Shown here: positions 61,201 through 64,000 of the stretch, in pieces | Numbering within the stretch: the stretch's first letter is position 1 | Layout: the number at the start of each line of letters is the position of its first letter | Made by a program: the position numbers and the translations under genes | Notes under the pieces: generated by a model | Told to the model about the DNA's origin: nothing | What the model saw: only the letters and a program-made list of their open reading frames with translations | Database searches by the model: none | Source of the DNA: Mytilus californianus | Lineage: Eukaryota | NCBI RefSeq assembly: GCF_021869535.1 | Contig: NW_026262679.1 | Location: 82,398,001 to 82,462,000, forward strand | DNA length: 64,000 nt | Reading direction: 5' to 3'

Positions 61201-62654
61201 AACTGGCAATATTTTCTCCTATTTAAAAAAATCAGATATATATTTTATACAGAATTACAGAAATGAACCCTTAAAGTGTTTTTAAACTGGAAATATTTTC
61301 TCCTACTTGAAAAGTAAAGTATATCTTTTATACAATTACAAACGAAACTCTTAAAGTATCTTAAACTGGCAGTATTTTCTCCTTAAAAAATTAAGGTAAA
61401 GCTTATATACAATTACAAAAGGAACTCTTATGCAGATTAAACAAGGTTATATTTTCGCCTTCTTCAAAATCAGGTGTATTTTATTTACATGGATCTGTTA
61501 CACATTCTCAGATATGCAATTTTCTCCTACTTATTTTGCATTGAAAATATATGTGATATAATCATTTAATTTGTTGTCATTGAGTGAAGATGATATTCTT
61601 ACACAGTAGAGACATGTGATATTCATTCATAAAGCAACTATCAAGAAGTGATTACAAATGACAGTTTTAAAGCCCTGTGCTCATTTATTTTCTAACAATA
61701 AACAGTAGTCAATTATTTTGCACAATTTGTTTTTACTTAAATATTTTTTTTACCACATGAAACACAACTTTGGGATGTATATTGGAATCAATTACCGGTA
61801 GTCTGACTGTGTGTCTGTTCATATACCTTGAAAGCTCAACTCTTCTTAAACAGCTACACTGGTTTTGATGAAACGACATAGTAAAACACTAAGGATAAAA
61901 GTCAAAGGAAAATAATTCTGGTCTAAAATGTTAAAGGGAGGATAATCTAATTGACTTGCTTTCATATACTAATAGTATTGCTTGGCGAGGGGTATCTTTC
62001 TTTTTTTTTAGATCTAGTATTATTTTACATTGAATAAATGTGAAAAGAACATACTTATGTAACTGATGCTTGTTCATTGCTTTCAAGTTATTTATTTAAC
62101 ATTAAATGTTTAAAATCTAAGATATTTTCTGGATTAATCTTCATCAGATTTACCCTTTTAAATTCCAATGGTACATTTGATAATGAAATGCATTTTTTAA
62201 AGTTTTATTGTCATGCATGTAAAATCCTTGACCAAAGCACATCCATGCACTAGGTAAACTTCACATGCCAATAGAACTACAAAAAATAAAAAAATCAGTC
62301 CATTTAATTACTACATAGTTAAATTAACAGGTACTAACATATTATTTTTGTAGCAGTAAATCTTTTTTTTTAAATTAATTGATCAACCCTTAAATGTGTG
62401 TTTCCGATAATTTTGGATTTATATTTCATAAAACTATTGACAAATCAGAAATACTAGAACCATATGAAATCATATTTTCATATTATCTCAAAGCACATAC
62501 TATAGGCAATATTGACATAATTTTCTTGTTGAAATAAAGAACATATTTGTACTCTTTTCAGGGTCTTGGAGTGGACAAAAGTTTTAGTAATAAAGAATTA
62601 GCTGACATATCTGCATTTTCTGCATTGATAGAAGAAAAATTGCTTCCTGCCTAT
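58280..62654 (+). CDS. MTX1: Metaxin (MTX1/MTX3-like), first four exons; incomplete at the window end
   Basis: Exons 58280-58363 (MTDDVLNLEVWKGNWDLPSVDNECLAVW), 59888-59963 (AYCKFSGLP..QSSL), 60964-61046 (KHNLPVLQHG..ILSYLKNQ) and 62562-62654 (..LADISAFSALIEEKLLPAY). Phases are consistent. WxLPSVD and AF..L.EEKLLP are metaxin-1/3 motifs, but MTX1 versus MTX3 is not resolved. Confidence 0.9.
58685..58845. repeat. Imperfect ~60-bp inverted repeat (palindromic MITE core) in metaxin intron 1
   Basis: AGAATAACTAATCGAAGAATTCAAATA..GACCGAACAACAC versus GTGTTGTTCGATCAC..TATTTGAATTCTTTGATTAGTTATTCT, with centre TCATGAATGCGCGTAGCGCATGA. Confidence 0.8.
61017..61535 (+). repeat. ~80-bp tandem array (6-7 units) whose first unit spans the 3' end of metaxin exon 3 and its splice donor
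   Basis: GG(C/A)AATATTTT(A/C)TCCTACTTAAAAAATCAG-type units start at 61017, 61101, 61205, 61289, 61368, 61445 and ~61516. Confidence 0.85.
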
Positions 62655-62868
62655 GTAAGTCATTTTTGTTTTTTAATGAAGTTCTATAAAAAAAAAAAAA
62701 GGTACAGTAGATAACCAAAATCAATAAAATGAAGAAAAAAACAACATCATACCCAATAGAAAAGACAAGACCATCAACAAAACATTAGATAAAAGACTAT
62801 AGTTGCTTCACTAGTAGCACTTGTTTTATTGCTCATTACATTTAAGCAATAAGTCATGAAGGTGGAAA

Positions 62869-63128
62869 GGGGGGCCTCAGTGGCCGAGTGGTCTAAGTAG
62901 TTACTACTGTAATCACTAGCCATTCAACACTGAGGTTGTGAGTTCGAACCCAGCTCGTGCGGGTGCACTCGACTCCAATCTTAATTGACTAGGATTGTCA
63001 GTTTTCCTATCGAAGGTCTGTGGTTTTCTCCGGGCACTCTGGCTTCCTCCACCAATAAAAACTGGCCGCCAAGAAATAGCCCAAAATGGGTGCTTTAAAG
63101 TGGCGTTAAAACACCAAAAATCAAATCA
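62869..63128 (+). mobile_element. tRNA-derived SINE with a perfect 13-bp TSD
   Basis: A box TGGCCGAGTGG, B box GTTCGAACC, body as at 40197, (TCAAA)n tail. TSD ATGAAGGTGGAAA at 62856-62868 and 63129-63141. Confidence 0.92.
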
Positions 63129-64000
63129 ATGAAGGTGGAAATGAGCGACTATAACATACAGAACAGATTGATTATAATCAAACATACTGTAAATTCAGAA
63201 ATTATTGCGAGGTTTCTATTAATGCGAATAACACGACTTCTGGAGTATCGCAATAATAAGAGCTCACATTCTGATATCAAATACATATATCTGTATGTAG
63301 CTTTTCCTAAATTTGCAATAATTCTTCAAAAATGGCAATAATAAATGCACACAATAATATCTGGATTACTTTTCAGAAAAGGCTAACAATATCAAGATAT
63401 TAATACATTTTTCAATTATTATGGCATGAAAATGGTAATACTACATTGCATTTCCAAAGAACATATTCTTGCACGAGTATATTAATGCACTAATATCTTT
63501 TAAATTAAAATTTTACCACCTACAGAGCAACATAGAATTGACTTTTTTGAGAAACCAAATCGTTTTTTATTTGTACTCAAAAAAGTGCATCTGAATATTT
63601 AGGGTCAATTTTTGTTTTCACTATTTGTGGTTATTCACAGTTTAAAAAAACAAAACATTCCAGTTCATCTTGATGGCTTGGTGCAAAATTTATCTCAAAA
63701 ACATTGAGTTATATAATGCATCTTGAGTGTATCCACTCTTTCCAAGAAAGTCAATATTTTTCAAAAAATTACTCTGAGCAAAACAATTACTGACCATGCC
63801 AGGTCACCAATTATTGTTTGTGATTGTCAATGTCCAACTTAGTGAAAAAATCATACTTAGTACCATGTTTTTGTTATGTATGTAAGTCTGAAAACTTGAG
63901 AAGGATGTCAACTTGCTTCAGATAGTGATTAAAAGTATGGTTGGATTATGAAAAGTCCTATATTTAAGCATTAATAAAGTCATTTTGCTAAAAAAAAGAA

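Overview
AT-rich, repeat-dense metazoan genomic DNA. The repeat families and gene content point to a bivalve, probably Mytilus (inference). Four protein-coding genes are supported. (1) An intronless RING-B-box-B-box-coiled-coil-NHL-type TRIM gene (15585-17612, -). (2) A spliced, divergent Hv1-like voltage-sensor-only protein (confident exons 29196-38079, +; tentative 5' exons from 20107). (3) ADP-dependent glucokinase (5 exons, 58017-50902, -). (4) Head-to-head with it, 262 bp away, the first four exons of a metaxin (58280 onward, +; runs off the window). Intergenic and intronic DNA is dominated by fragments of at least four Penelope-like (probably Naiad-type) retroelement families. It also holds a decayed Gypsy element with nested insertions, tRNA-derived SINEs, Helentron/HINE-like elements, MITEs, minisatellites and hammerhead-bearing retrozyme fragments. 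The main finding is a circularly permuted (type-P5) twister-ribozyme-like fold shared by three otherwise unalignable repeat families, two of which are the 3' regions of Penelope-like elements. Compensatory changes appear in P3, P5 and pseudoknot T1, and a consistent change appears in T2. The canonical P1 helix is replaced by a pair of palindromes. All structures were folded by eye and no activity has been shown.
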